Shown here piece by piece: positions 46,965 through 57,735 of a stretch of 64,000 nucleotides of DNA. The position numbers and the translations under genes were made by a program. Below the pieces are notes generated by a model, which was given only the letters and a program-made list of their open reading frames with translations, was not told the DNA's origin and ran no database searches. Numbering within the stretch: position 1 is the first letter of the stretch; each line of letters opens with the position of its first letter. Origin of the DNA: Candidatus Spongiisociaceae bacterium (GTDB lineage: Bacteria; Actinomycetota; Acidimicrobiia; Spongiisociales; Spongiisociaceae); the NCBI GenBank assembly GCA_965262915.1, contig OZ253564.1, forward strand, positions 1,760,001-1,824,000. Direction: 5' to 3'.

Positions 46965-47690
46965 GTGGCCGACGGGCATAACCCGATTCTGGTGGCGCTC
47001 GACGTTCCCACCGCGGAGCGGGCTGTCCGGCTGGCCCAGGAACTCGTTCCCTACGTCGGTGGTTTCAAGGTGGGGCTGGAGCTCCTGACCGGCCCGGGGC
47101 CACGGATCATCGGGGTGATAGCCCGATTGGGCAAGCCCGTGTTCGCCGATGCCAAGCTCCACGACATTCCCAATACCGTACGCGCCGCAGCCCGGCACCT
47201 AGGAGCGGCGGGTGCCCGGTGGGTGACCGCCCACGCCGCCGGGGGCAGGGCGATGCTGGCTGCGGCGGTGCAGGGTCTGAGCGATGGCGCCGGGGCGAGG
47301 CAGGCGGGAATCCTGGCCATCACGGTGTTGACGAGCCTGGATCAGGAGTCGCTGGCCGCCACCGGAGTGACTGCTTCTCCCGGGAGGTTGAGCGCCCGCC
47401 GGGCCCGGCTCGCCGGCGGGGTGGGGTGTGAGGGTGTGATCACCTCCGTCAAGGAACTGGGGGTCGTATCCGACGTGGCACCCGATCTGCTGACCGTGGT
47501 GCCCGGGATCCGCCCGACGGGTGTTTCCGCAGACGACCAGGTGCGATCGGCCACGCCCTCGGAAGCCCTCGCTCGGGGCGCCGGCTACCTGGTCATCGGG
47601 CGGGCGATCACCAAGGCGCCGGATCCGGTGCGGGCGGTCAGGGACATCCTGTCGGGTCTCGACGGACCCGGGGACGGATGTGGAGGTTGA
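46965..47690 (+). CDS. pyrF: Orotidine-5'-phosphate decarboxylase
   Basis: DAKLHDIPNT, PGIRP, IGRAIT. Confidence 0.96.
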   Translation: MADGHNPILVALDVPTAERAVRLAQELVPYVGGFKVGLELLTGPGPRIIGVIARLGKPVFADAKLHDIPNTVRAAARHLGAAGARWVTAHAAGGRAMLAAAVQGLSDGAGARQAGILAITVLTSLDQESLAATGVTASPGRLSARRARLAGGVGCEGVITSVKELGVVSDVAPDLLTVVPGIRPTGVSADDQVRSATPSEALARGAGYLVIGRAITKAPDPVRAVRDILSGLDGPGDGCGG

Positions 47691-47855
47691 GCACCGCCGG
47701 GCCTTGGCGGTCTGCTTGGACCGGTCGCACCCGTGCTTGCCGTCGATGTCCTCCGCTGCGTTCTGCCTCCCCACTAGGCTTTTGCGCGCCGCGCGTGGTG
47801 GCCCACGGATCGGTAGGCCCTACGATGCGGCATGCAGTAGAGCAAAGGAACTCGA

Positions 47856-48167
47856 ATGGCACCTCCGCAGCTGACCGCAGAGCAACGGGCCCAAGCCTTG
47901 GAGAAGGCGGCGATGGCCCGCCGCAAGCGGGCCGAAGTAAAGCAGTTGCTCAAGACCGGCTCCATATCGTTGTCCGAGTTGCTGGAGGGAGCAGAAGCGG
48001 ACCCGATGGTGGCTGGAATCAAGGTCAGCGCGGTGCTTGCTTCGATGCCGAGGATCGGGAAGATCAAGTCCAAGCGCCTAATGGAGAAGCTCGGCATAGC
48101 GGACAACCGGCGCATCCGGGGTCTCGGTGAGCGACAGCGCGCCGCCCTCCTCGAAGAGTTCAGCTGA
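47856..48167 (+). CDS. mihF: Actinobacterial integration host factor
   Basis: LTAEQRAQALEKA..AR..RAEVK, RIRGLG.RQ. Confidence 0.93.
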   Translation: MAPPQLTAEQRAQALEKAAMARRKRAEVKQLLKTGSISLSELLEGAEADPMVAGIKVSAVLASMPRIGKIKSKRLMEKLGIADNRRIRGLGERQRAALLEEFS

Positions 48168-48786
48168 GCCTACGGCCCTTACCGGAAGTGGCAGGGGCCG
48201 GCTGGTCATAATCTCGGGGCCGTCCGGGGTCGGTAAGAACACCGTGGTCAGGGGTATGGCGGCCCATCGCCCGTTCCACTTCTCGGTCTCCGCCACCACG
48301 CGGGCGGCCCGGCCGGGTGAGACCTACGGGGTCGACTACCACTTCATCGATGAGGGGGTTTTTGCGGCGATGATCAGGGAGGACCGGTTGCTCGAATGGG
48401 CCGAATTCGCCGGGAGCCGCTACGGCACTCCTCGTGACCAGGTGTTCGATTACCTCGCGGAAGGCCAGGATGTCGTTCTCGACATCGAGGTGAGCGGGGC
48501 TATCCGGGTGATGGGCTCGTACCCCGACGCGGTGTCGATATTCGTTATGCCCCCGTCCATCGAGGAACTCGAGTCACGCATGCGAGGTCGGAGGGACATG
48601 TCAGAGACTCAGATAGCGACTCGCCTGGAGCTGGCCGGGGAGCAGATAGAGGTGGGACCGCAACGTTTCCGTCATGTGGTCGTCAACGAGGATCTCGACA
48701 CGACTGTGGCCGCCATTATGGATATACTCGGGTCGACCGTGAGGGAACCTGCCGTGGGTCGGACTCCAACGAACCGGGACCGGTGA
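48127..48786 (+). CDS. gmk: Guanylate kinase
   Basis: SGPSGVGK, SATTR, YGTP; start uncertain (41-bp overlap with mIHF). Confidence 0.94.
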   Translation: MSDSAPPSSKSSAEPTALTGSGRGRLVIISGPSGVGKNTVVRGMAAHRPFHFSVSATTRAARPGETYGVDYHFIDEGVFAAMIREDRLLEWAEFAGSRYGTPRDQVFDYLAEGQDVVLDIEVSGAIRVMGSYPDAVSIFVMPPSIEELESRMRGRRDMSETQIATRLELAGEQIEVGPQRFRHVVVNEDLDTTVAAIMDILGSTVREPAVGRTPTNRDR

Positions 48787-48835
48787 GGTTCCCTGACGCG
48801 GTTGCAGGTAGCGAGCCGTGAAGGATGATTCTCAA

Positions 48836-49120
48836 ATGATGATCGAACCAGCCGTCGAGGAAATCATCGCCAAGACCGGCGGGCGCTTCAAGCTCGTTGT
48901 CCTGGCATCCCGCCGCGCCCGGCAGATCAACAACTACTACAGCCAGTTGGGCGGTGGTATAGGGCACTACGTACCCCCCCAGGTTCATTCCCTGAGCCAC
49001 AAGCCCCTCACCATCGCGCTGGAAGAGATCGCAGCCGGCAAGCTCACGATTGCAACCGGTGACAGCTCCGCCGATGGGGACAGCCACGAGGCGGGGCCCG
49101 ATGAGGTCGGGGGCGAGTAA
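48836..49120 (+). CDS. rpoZ: RNA polymerase omega subunit
   Basis: SRRARQINNYY, KPLTIALEEI. Confidence 0.94.
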   Translation: MMIEPAVEEIIAKTGGRFKLVVLASRRARQINNYYSQLGGGIGHYVPPQVHSLSHKPLTIALEEIAAGKLTIATGDSSADGDSHEAGPDEVGGE

Positions 49121-50315
49121 CCCCGCCTTAGCCGGCCGTCGCCTGGTACTGGGGATCTCTGGAGGTATCGCCGCATACAAGGCGGTGTATCTTGCTCGCC
49201 GCTTCGTCGAGGTCGGGGCCGACGTGAGGAGCGTGATGACCTCCGGCGCGCTTCGCTTCGTGGGGGAGCAGAGCCTGGCAGGGGTCACGGGACGGGCTGT
49301 GGTCACTTCGCTGTTCGGTGGGATCGAGGTGAGTCCCCACACCGAACTCGCTGCGTGGGCGGACGCCGTGGTGGTGGCGCCGGCTACCGCCAACGTGATA
49401 GCCAAGGTGGCCAACGGGCTGGCCGACGATGCCCTGACCACCACCGTGGCTGCGTTCGACGGACCGGTCGTTATGGCGCCCGCCATGCACACCGAGATGT
49501 GGGAGCAGCCGGCCACCCGGCGGGCTGTGCAGCTCCTGAAGAACGACGGCCGTTACCTGGTCGGTCCGGTATCGGGGGCCCTGGCCGGGGGAGACACCGG
49601 TCCGGGCCGTATGGCCGAGCCGGAGGAGATTCTCCTGGCAGCGGCAGCCGTGTTCGATGCCTCCCTTTCGGGGCTGACCGTGCTGGTGACGGCAGGCGGG
49701 ACCAGAGAGGCCATCGACCCGGTTCGCTATGTGGGCAATCGTTCCTCGGGCAAGATGGGACACGCCCTGGCGATGGAGGCAGCCCGTCGGGGTGCGCGGG
49801 TGGTTCTGGTCACCGCCGCCCCCACGGCTCGGATGCCGGAGACCGTGGAGGTGGTTGAGGTCGAGTCCGCGGAGGATATGGCTAGGGAGGTCTGGTCGAG
49901 GGCTGCGATGATCGATGTGGCGGTCCTGGCCGCGGCGGTGGCGGACTTCCGTCCCGTGGCGGTGGCCCCCACCAAGCTGGCCAGGGCCGACGGGCCTCCC
50001 CGGATAGTGTTGGAACCCGCGCCCAACGTGCTGGCCGGGCTGGTGGAGCGGGTCGGACGAGGGACGACCGTGGTGGGGTTCGCGGCGGAGACCGGAGGGT
50101 TGGACCGCGCGGTATGGAAGGCCGCTTCCTACGGCGTGGACTTCCTGGTGGCCAACGATGTCACCCTCCCCGGCAGCGGGTTCGGAACGGATACCAACCA
50201 GGTGTCGATCATTTTCCCAGACGGCAGCCGGCAGGCTCTGGCGCTCATGACCAAGCGAGAGGTGGCCGCAGAGATCTGGTCGAGAGTCGTGGATCTGCGT
50301 GGCGACGCTGTATGA
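49101..50315 (+). CDS. coaBC: Phosphopantothenoylcysteine decarboxylase/ligase
   Basis: GGIAAYKA, APAMH, TAGGTREAIDPVR, SSGKMG, GFAAET. Confidence 0.96.
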   Translation: MRSGASNPALAGRRLVLGISGGIAAYKAVYLARRFVEVGADVRSVMTSGALRFVGEQSLAGVTGRAVVTSLFGGIEVSPHTELAAWADAVVVAPATANVIAKVANGLADDALTTTVAAFDGPVVMAPAMHTEMWEQPATRRAVQLLKNDGRYLVGPVSGALAGGDTGPGRMAEPEEILLAAAAVFDASLSGLTVLVTAGGTREAIDPVRYVGNRSSGKMGHALAMEAARRGARVVLVTAAPTARMPETVEVVEVESAEDMAREVWSRAAMIDVAVLAAAVADFRPVAVAPTKLARADGPPRIVLEPAPNVLAGLVERVGRGTTVVGFAAETGGLDRAVWKAASYGVDFLVANDVTLPGSGFGTDTNQVSIIFPDGSRQALALMTKREVAAEIWSRVVDLRGDAV

Positions 50316-50345
50316 GGGTCTCTTGACCAGCCGTATACTGAGGTC

Positions 50346-51530
50346 GTGATGCGGTTCTTCACCAGCGAGTCGGTAACCGAAGGCCACCCCGACAAGATGG
50401 CCGACCGCATCTCCGATTCGATCCTGGACGCCATCCTGGAGCGGGATCCGGAGGCGCGGGTGGCCTGCGAGACGATGGTCGCGTCCTCGAAAGTCATCGT
50501 GGCCGGGGAGACCAGGAACGACGCCGGCTTCGACCATCGCGATTTCGCGAAGGTGATACGCGAAGCCCTGCGCGACATCGGATATACGTACGCGGACGCG
50601 GGATTCCACGCCGACAAAGTCCCGATCGACGTGTTGCTCGCACCCCAGAGCGCCAACATCGCCGCAGGTGTCGAGGTAGCTCTCGAGGCGCGCTTGGGGG
50701 GTGACGACCCGCTCGACCGGCTCGGCGCGGGCGACCAGGGTCTCATGTTCGGGTACGCCAACCGGGAAACCGACGAACTGATGCCGGCGCCGATCCAGTT
50801 GGCGCACCGCCTGGCGGAGCGGCTCGCGGAGGTGAGACAGACGGGACTGCTCGGCTACCTGCGGCCGGACGGAAAGACGCAGGTGACCGTCCGGTATGAC
50901 GGCCGCGAGCCCGTACATGTCCCCCGGGTGCTGATCTCCTCGCACCACGCGCCCGACGTGTCATCGGAGCAGTTGGAACACGATGTGCGCGCGCAGGTGC
51001 TCATGGCGATCGACTACGCGTTGATCGACGACACGACCGAGTTGCTCGTGAACCCTACGGGCCGTTTCGAGATCGGCGGTCCGGAAGGTGATGCCGGGCT
51101 CACCGGCCGCAAGATCATCGTCGACACCTACGGAGGCTACGCGCGGCACGGGGGAGGGGCCTTCTCGGGCAAGGATCCGACCAAGGTGGATCGGTCGGCT
51201 GCCTATTTCGCCCGCTACGTGGCGAAGAACGTGGTGGTGGCCGGTTTGGCCGAGCGGTGCGAAATCCAGGTTGCATACGCCATCGGCATGGCCAGGCCTT
51301 TCTCCGTCGATCTCGAGACCTTCGGCACTTCGGTGATCGACCCGGACAAGCTGAGTGCCCTGGTGGAGGACTTCTTCGACTTCCGGCCGGCGGCGATTCT
51401 GGAAACCCTGGGGCTGCGCGCACCCATCTACGCGAGGACGGCGGCCTACGGTCACTTCGGGCGGCCGGGGTTTCCCTGGGAATCGACCGAACCAGCCGAG
51501 GAGCTAGCCAGAGCAGCAGGTTCAGTCTGA
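50346..51530 (+). CDS. metK: S-adenosylmethionine synthetase
   Basis: [26 protein letters not shown]. Confidence 0.98.
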   Translation: MMRFFTSESVTEGHPDKMADRISDSILDAILERDPEARVACETMVASSKVIVAGETRNDAGFDHRDFAKVIREALRDIGYTYADAGFHADKVPIDVLLAPQSANIAAGVEVALEARLGGDDPLDRLGAGDQGLMFGYANRETDELMPAPIQLAHRLAERLAEVRQTGLLGYLRPDGKTQVTVRYDGREPVHVPRVLISSHHAPDVSSEQLEHDVRAQVLMAIDYALIDDTTELLVNPTGRFEIGGPEGDAGLTGRKIIVDTYGGYARHGGGAFSGKDPTKVDRSAAYFARYVAKNVVVAGLAERCEIQVAYAIGMARPFSVDLETFGTSVIDPDKLSALVEDFFDFRPAAILETLGLRAPIYARTAAYGHFGRPGFPWESTEPAEELARAAGSV

Positions 51531-53311
51531 CCCTGACCACCGTTGCCCGGGTGGTCCCCGACATCCCCACCTTCGCGGTCGATGACGGATTCGCGTATCG
51601 GGTTCCCTCCGCCCTCGCCGACCGGGTGACCGTGGGATCGCTCGTCAGGGTTCCGCTGGCCGGTCGTCGCGTGCGCGGGTACGTGATCGGTATGGAAGGG
51701 GACTCCGGAGATCTCGATCCCCAGAAACTCAAGGATGTCCGCTCAGTATCCTCGCCGATCCCCGTGTTCGCCGAGGCGATGTTGCCTTCTCTCGAGTGGG
51801 CGGCCTGGTACTACGTAGCCCCGCTGGCCAGAGTGCTTGCCAAGACCGGTCCGCCCAACCTTCCCAAACGGCTTCCTCCCCTCGAACTTCCGTCCGTTCC
51901 CCGCTGCGACGGACCGGTTCCCGAGGTGGCTGAGGCGGCAACGGCGGGTGGCCCGTCCCGGACGGTACAGGTCGTGGTCGGCACCGGGTGGGCGGAGTTG
52001 ATCCGGGGGACGATCGCTGCCCCGGTGCGGGCGGAGAAGTCGGTGCTGGTCGTGGCGCCCAGCGCCGTGGAGGCGTCCCGGCTGGCATCCCGGTTGGTGG
52101 CCGATTTCGGCAGTCGGGTCCTGGATGTCGCAGAACAGGATCCTGCCTCTGTTACGTCCGCGTGGTCGCACGCCGCCACCCAGGGGGGTCTGGTAGTGGT
52201 CGGAACCATGCGGGTGATTTGGTGGCCGGTGATGAACCTATCGATGCTGGTGTTGGTGGAAGACGGTCGGCGGGGGATGAAGGAACGGCAGACCCCCACG
52301 GTGGCAGTTCGGGCTCTGGCGCGGGTTAGGGCGGTGGCCGAGAGGTTGCAACTGGTTCTGGTAGGAAGGGTGCCGACCGTTCAATCTCTGCACGAGGGAA
52401 CGGAAGTGATCCGGGTTCCGGGGCGTCTGTGGGCACCGGTCGAGATCGTGGATCGAAGCGAGGACCCGCCGGGTGGCGGGGTTCTCACCGCCCGAGCCCG
52501 GGTGGCCATCGCCTCGACCCGGCGCCGGGGTGGGAGGGTGCTTGTCTTCACGCACCGGCGCGGGTACGCGCCGGCGGCCCGTTGTGTTGGCTGCCGCCGG
52601 TTGAGGAAGTGTCCGGAGTGCGGGTCCCGCCCGGACCACCGTGACACCTGTCCGCGCTGTGAGGCGGTGGTTGGGGCATGTCGCTCCTGTGGGGGGTCCC
52701 GTTTCGAACCGCTGGGGGCTGGCGTCGGTCGGATTGTCGAGGAACTCCACGGGCTGGTGGGGGAAGAAGTCGGGGAGGTGGCAGCAGGCAGACCGGTGAT
52801 GGTCGGGACCGAACGGGATCTGATCACCGTTCCTCCGGTTGACCTGGCCGTGGTGGTGGACGCCGACGGTTTGGTGCGGGGCACCAACTACCGAGCGACC
52901 GAGGATGCGTTGTCGATCCTGGCCCGGGTAGCGTCCACCGTCCACCAGCGGGGTGGCCGATGGGTGATGTTGCAGACAGCCGATCGCCGCCATCCGGTCT
53001 ACGCAGCACTGCGGCGGGCGGATCCGTTTCCCTTCCTGGAAGACGAACTGGTGGCGCGCCGACGCTTCTCGCTACCTCCTTGCGGCGAGGTGATGGTCGT
53101 GGAGGTGGAGGGGACCGACGATCCGTCGATAATGGACGGGGTCATCGAAGGCGCCACCGTCTACGGCCCTTCCCGGGAGGCCGCCCGGATCAGGTGGATA
53201 GTTCAGGATCATGACCTCTGGGGTGTCAAGGAGCGGTTGCGGGTCACGGTCGGCCGGCTGCGTGATCAGGGGTGCAAGGTGAGGGTGGACGTGGATCCCC
53301 GCGAGTTCTGA
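51527..53311 (+). CDS. priA: Primosomal protein N' (PriA-like, degenerate helicase motifs)
   Basis: N-terminal DNA-binding domain ([12 protein letters not shown]), four CxxC pairs after RRGY, C-terminal VDVDP, position after metK; start uncertain. Confidence 0.85.
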   Translation: MTLTTVARVVPDIPTFAVDDGFAYRVPSALADRVTVGSLVRVPLAGRRVRGYVIGMEGDSGDLDPQKLKDVRSVSSPIPVFAEAMLPSLEWAAWYYVAPLARVLAKTGPPNLPKRLPPLELPSVPRCDGPVPEVAEAATAGGPSRTVQVVVGTGWAELIRGTIAAPVRAEKSVLVVAPSAVEASRLASRLVADFGSRVLDVAEQDPASVTSAWSHAATQGGLVVVGTMRVIWWPVMNLSMLVLVEDGRRGMKERQTPTVAVRALARVRAVAERLQLVLVGRVPTVQSLHEGTEVIRVPGRLWAPVEIVDRSEDPPGGGVLTARARVAIASTRRRGGRVLVFTHRRGYAPAARCVGCRRLRKCPECGSRPDHRDTCPRCEAVVGACRSCGGSRFEPLGAGVGRIVEELHGLVGEEVGEVAAGRPVMVGTERDLITVPPVDLAVVVDADGLVRGTNYRATEDALSILARVASTVHQRGGRWVMLQTADRRHPVYAALRRADPFPFLEDELVARRRFSLPPCGEVMVVEVEGTDDPSIMDGVIEGATVYGPSREAARIRWIVQDHDLWGVKERLRVTVGRLRDQGCKVRVDVDPREF

Positions 53312-53406
53312 CCGGAGACTGCCGCCGACCGCTGCTCGCATCAGGCACGGGTGCCGAAGTGACAGAGGGCTTCCCTTCCCTAAGCCGTTGGTTTATGTTA
53401 GATAAC

Positions 53407-54783
53407 ATGTTTGAGCGAAATCTTGGCTCGAGTAGTACGAAGGGTGTCGCGGGCGGCGAAGGCCCGCCGGATGAGGAGTCCGGCGAGGCTATGGATACGG
53501 TCGTGGAGACGGCCTCGGGCAGCCCGCACGTGAACCCCACCGGTGGCGTGTTCGACCTTGTCGAGGATGCTCTGGGGGAGCGGGAATTGTCTGCTCTGGA
53601 TTGGGTCGAGCTTGCATACCGGGCGCTGGGTCGGGTCGAAGTGGAAGGGTTGTGCCGTTCGGATCGGGAGGAGTTGGCGTCAGGCCTGGCCAGGGTGGGA
53701 TCCGTGGCGGCTTCGGGCCTGTGCAGGGTAGCCGAGTCAACGTCGGCTTCCGAGCCGGGTATCGATGTGGGGGAGATGCTGCGGCAGGCTACGGGTCTCT
53801 CCGCTCGGGAGACCAAGGACATGGTCGTGGTGGCGAGCGAGTTGAGGGACATGCCGGAGGTGGCCGAACGGTTCGCGTCCGGGAAGATGACCTTCGGGCA
53901 CGTCAAGGCTCTCGCGGCTGCTGCGCAGGAAGTCGGCGCCGAGATGGTCAACCAGCAGAAGGGGTTGCTGGATCTGGCGGGTGGCCTGCCGTCGGATACT
54001 TTCCGGAGGCGGGTGCGGAACTGGGCGACCCGGGTGATGCTCGATGCCGGTGTGGATCAACTCGACCGGCAGCGGCAGGCCCGCCGCGGGGCGATATGGA
54101 CGGATTGGCGGACCGGGATGCGAGTGCTGCGTTTCGAACTTGATCCGGTGAATGCCAGTCTGGTGGAGCAGGCCATCGACGGGAAGTTCCGCAAGCTATG
54201 GCTGGCCGACTCCGGCGGGGGTCAGGATCCCGACGACGTACGTACGCCCGCACAGCGGCTGGCCGATGCCTTCTTCGAGAAGGTCACCAAGCGAGATTCC
54301 TTCAGCTATGAGGCTCTCCCGGGTGGCGACGGCAAGACCGGATCGTCGGTGCTGTTGGTCCTGACGGCCGACGTCGCCGTCATCGATGGAACCGACCCGG
54401 ACGGGACGGTCGAGGTCTTGGGCGTCGGTCCCGTTCCCCGGCGCATGCTCGAGACACTCTCGCCGGATACGGAGCTGGTATCGATGATCTTTGCGGGGCC
54501 GGGGCGAGTGCTCTGGATGGGACGCAAGACCCGCCTCGGCAACACCCCCCAGCGTCTAGCTGTGGCGATACGGGACGGGGGCTGTTTCGAATGCGGCGCT
54601 CCGATGCACCGCTGCCAACTCCATCACATCCGGGAGTGGCGCCGAGACCAGGGTCCCACGGATGTGGACAATCTCGTCGCTGTGTGTCCCAAACATCACC
54701 GGTGGCTAAGCGACAACAACCTGCAGGTCCACCGGGCCGGCAACGGCTGGGAGACCAGACCCCGCGACGGACCGTCGCCGTAG
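53407..54783 (+). CDS. DUF222 / HNH endonuclease protein (13E12-like)
   Basis: RTPAQRLADA, RDGGCFEC...HHIREW...TDVDNLVAVCPKHH; start at 53407 or 53491. Confidence 0.88.
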   Translation: MFERNLGSSSTKGVAGGEGPPDEESGEAMDTVVETASGSPHVNPTGGVFDLVEDALGERELSALDWVELAYRALGRVEVEGLCRSDREELASGLARVGSVAASGLCRVAESTSASEPGIDVGEMLRQATGLSARETKDMVVVASELRDMPEVAERFASGKMTFGHVKALAAAAQEVGAEMVNQQKGLLDLAGGLPSDTFRRRVRNWATRVMLDAGVDQLDRQRQARRGAIWTDWRTGMRVLRFELDPVNASLVEQAIDGKFRKLWLADSGGGQDPDDVRTPAQRLADAFFEKVTKRDSFSYEALPGGDGKTGSSVLLVLTADVAVIDGTDPDGTVEVLGVGPVPRRMLETLSPDTELVSMIFAGPGRVLWMGRKTRLGNTPQRLAVAIRDGGCFECGAPMHRCQLHHIREWRRDQGPTDVDNLVAVCPKHHRWLSDNNLQVHRAGNGWETRPRDGPSP

Positions 54784-54879
54784 GAACTCTCGGCTGGTAG
54801 CTGACGCTCGCCTTCCTCGATCGTAGGGGTTGCCCGGATTCGCAGGACCCGTCACTATCATGCGGGTCTAGGAGATCCG

Positions 54880-55374
54880 GTGGCCATATTTCCCATCCGC
54901 ACGTTTGGCGATCCCGTGCTGCGGGTTCGTACCGATAGGGTCGAGGTCTTCGACGATGCGCTGCGAAGGCTCGCCGAAGACATGATCGAGACCATGTACG
55001 ACGCGCCCGGCGTGGGCTTGGCGGCGCCCCAGATCGGTGTATCGAAGCGTATCTGCGTGTTCGATGCCGGTGATGGTCCCCAAGTGCTGGTCAACCCGGA
55101 AGTCGTCGAGGGATCCGGTAGCTGGGAGTTCGATGAGGGTTGCCTCTCGGTGCCGGGGCACTACTGGACGATCGTCCGGCCGGCGTGGGCGAGGGCTGCC
55201 GGGCAGGACCTGGACGGGGCTCCGGTCGAATATGCCGGTGAAGAACTCCTCGGCAGGGTTCTCCAGCACGAAACGGACCATCTGAACGGAATGCTGCTCA
55301 TAGAGCGGCTTGACGGGTCCACCCGTAAGGCAGCCCTTCGCGATCTCCGCAACAAGGCACTCGGGTTGGCCTAG
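54880..55374 (+). CDS. def: Peptide deformylase
   Basis: GVGLAAPQ, EGCLS, QHETDH. Confidence 0.97.
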   Translation: MAIFPIRTFGDPVLRVRTDRVEVFDDALRRLAEDMIETMYDAPGVGLAAPQIGVSKRICVFDAGDGPQVLVNPEVVEGSGSWEFDEGCLSVPGHYWTIVRPAWARAAGQDLDGAPVEYAGEELLGRVLQHETDHLNGMLLIERLDGSTRKAALRDLRNKALGLA

Positions 55375-55538
55375 TGATCTGTCTGCAAAGTGATTCGCCG
55401 TGTCCTGCTTGCCATCGACGCCCCTCGCTGCGTTCCGCCTCCTCGACGTACGCTCCCGGTACGCCTTCGTCGGCGGGCCTTGTGAGAAACGCCGCTGCCG
55501 GCGCATGCCACACCGCCACTTCACAGACAGACCACTCG
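55371..55538. mobile_element. 168-bp MITE / palindromic element, copy 2
   Basis: CTAGTGATCTGTCTG...CAGACAGACCACTCG, between the def stop and the fmt start. Confidence 0.85.
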
Positions 55539-56449
55539 TGATCCGGACGGCATTCCTGGGGACTCCGCGATCGGCCGTTCCCTCGCTCGAGACACTCGCC
55601 GAGTTCGCTGACCTCCGCTTGGTGGTCACCCGCCCGGACCGTCCCCACGGCAGGGGCCGGACCCCGGTTGCGCCCCCGGTGAAAGCCAGGGCGCTCGAAC
55701 TGGGGATTCCGGTCCGCCAACCGTCCAATCCGCGGGAACTCGATGCCGTTGTCGCCCGGCGGGCTCTCGATGTTGCGGTGGTGGTTGCCTACGGGATGGT
55801 CGTGCCGGAAGAGGCGCTTGGCCGTCCGCGTTCCGGCATGGTGAACCTGCACTTCTCTCTGCTGCCCCGGTGGAGGGGCGCGGCACCGGTCCAGCAGGCC
55901 ATCCTGGCGGGTGACCCCACCACGGGAGTGACTCTGATGGAGATGGAGACAGGACTCGACACCGGAGCTGTCCTTGGGGTCTGGGAGACGGCGATCGGGG
56001 TGGACGAGGCCGCCGGTCCGTTGACCGATCGGCTGGCGGTCGGGGGAGCCGAACTCCTCAGAGACAAGCTGGAAGCCGTAGTCAGGGGGGAACTCGTACC
56101 GGTGCCCCAGAGTGAGGGACTCGCCACGCGGGCACCTCGCTTCACGACAGGTGACGCCAGGCTTGACTTCAGCAGACCGGCAACCGAGGTGGTACGAACC
56201 ATCCGCGCCTTCCATCCTCGTCCCGGTGCCTATACCTGCTGGCGCAAACGGCGGTTCAAGTTACACCGGGGGCAGGTGGTTTCCGGTCACCTCGAACCGG
56301 GTCGGTTGGAAGCCCATCCGCGGGGTGTGCGGGTGGGCACGGTCGAAGGGTGCGTCGAGCTGATGACCGTCCAGCCGGCCGGAGGGAAGTCCATGGAGGC
56401 TCTCCGGTGGCTCCGGGGCGTCAAGGGTGATCCGGGTCGTTTCGTGTGA
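55538..56449 (+). CDS. fmt: Methionyl-tRNA formyltransferase
   Basis: FLGTP, VTRPDRP, NLHFSLLPRWRGAAP, LDTG. Confidence 0.96.
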   Translation: MIRTAFLGTPRSAVPSLETLAEFADLRLVVTRPDRPHGRGRTPVAPPVKARALELGIPVRQPSNPRELDAVVARRALDVAVVVAYGMVVPEEALGRPRSGMVNLHFSLLPRWRGAAPVQQAILAGDPTTGVTLMEMETGLDTGAVLGVWETAIGVDEAAGPLTDRLAVGGAELLRDKLEAVVRGELVPVPQSEGLATRAPRFTTGDARLDFSRPATEVVRTIRAFHPRPGAYTCWRKRRFKLHRGQVVSGHLEPGRLEAHPRGVRVGTVEGCVELMTVQPAGGKSMEALRWLRGVKGDPGRFV

Positions 56450-57645
56450 AACCCGGGGTCGAAGCGCGGTTGGTGGCAGCCCGGCTCGTGGGAAGGGTGG
56501 TTCGAGGGGGCGCTTGGTCAAACGTGGTGGTTCGACATCTGGATCTCCTACCGGATGATGCACGCTTGGTGCGGCACCTCGTCTACGGGACGCTGAGAAA
56601 CCTCGGACGACTGGATCGGGCGGTCGCCGGGTTGTCGCACCGACCGGTTCCCACCATTGACGACGGTCTACTCGATGTGCTCAGGGTGGCCTTCCACGAG
56701 GTTCTGTTCGGGCGCACCGCCGGCCACGCGGTGCCCGATATGGCGGTCGAGTCGGCCCGGGCTCTCGGTTACGGCCGAGCGGCCGGGTTCGTCAATGCCC
56801 TGGTCAGGAACCTGCAGCGATGCGGGGAACCTACGCCGCCATCCGGAACCGCCGAGAGGTTCGGCCTGCCGGAGTGGCTGGTCGAAGATCTGGTCTCCAC
56901 GTGGGGGAAGGAGGCGACCTCGGCGTTTGCCGAGGCGGGCCACAAGGACGCTCCGGTGGCGTTCCGGATGCAATCGGGCGCAAGCCCGCCCGTCGACGCG
57001 GTTCCGGCTGCGGTTCCCGGTGCCTATTCGCATCCGGAGGGCCGCGTCCCGCCCGGCGCAATAGTGCAGGATCCTGCCTCGGTGGCGGTGGTGCGGGCGA
57101 TGCGCGTCGGTCCCGGAGATCAGGTTCTCGAGGTCGGGGCTGCGCCGGGAGGCAAGACGCTGGCGCTCTGGGATCGGGAGCCCGACCGGCTCGTTGCTCT
57201 GGACATACACCCCCGACGCATTCGGAGAGCCAGGGAACGTGCGGCCCGTTCGGGCTTCGCAGGTTGGTGGGTGAGAGCGGACGGCGTTCGTTTGCCGTTT
57301 CGCCGGGCTTGCTTCGACAAAGTACTGGTGGATGCGCCCTGCACCGGTTTGGGGACCCTCCGCCGCCGTCCGGAGATCGGTTTCCGTGTCTCTGTGGGGG
57401 ACCGCGACCGGTTGGCCAGACTCCAGCGGCGCATGCTGGAGGAGGCGCTGGAAGTGGTCCGACCTGGTGGGCGGGTCGTCTACGCCGTATGTACGGTGAC
57501 ATCGGCCGAGACAATCCAGGTCACGGCCGGCTTGGGCAGCCGCCCTCCGGGTGATTTGCCTGGCCAGCACCTGGAAGGAGGTCTGCTCATGGGCCCGCAC
57601 CTGACCGGGACCGATGGCATGTTCATCTCGGTTATCGATCGGTGA
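56446..57645 (+). CDS. rsmB: 16S rRNA m5C methyltransferase (RsmB/Sun)
   Basis: NusB-like N-terminus, AAPGGKT, DAPCTG, RRRPE. Confidence 0.9.
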   Translation: MKPGVEARLVAARLVGRVVRGGAWSNVVVRHLDLLPDDARLVRHLVYGTLRNLGRLDRAVAGLSHRPVPTIDDGLLDVLRVAFHEVLFGRTAGHAVPDMAVESARALGYGRAAGFVNALVRNLQRCGEPTPPSGTAERFGLPEWLVEDLVSTWGKEATSAFAEAGHKDAPVAFRMQSGASPPVDAVPAAVPGAYSHPEGRVPPGAIVQDPASVAVVRAMRVGPGDQVLEVGAAPGGKTLALWDREPDRLVALDIHPRRIRRARERAARSGFAGWWVRADGVRLPFRRACFDKVLVDAPCTGLGTLRRRPEIGFRVSVGDRDRLARLQRRMLEEALEVVRPGGRVVYAVCTVTSAETIQVTAGLGSRPPGDLPGQHLEGGLLMGPHLTGTDGMFISVIDR

Positions 57646-57735
57646 CCATACGACTGGCCCCCGGCTACTGATCCGTAACACCCTCCACCGAGCAGCCGTA
57701 CACCACCTCGGACCCTCTGACGGTACTCTACGACC

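Noticed and set aside
53398-53414. LexA box at the DUF222 start
   Set aside because: GATA-N4-GTTT has three mismatches to GAAC-N4-GTTC, too weak to call.
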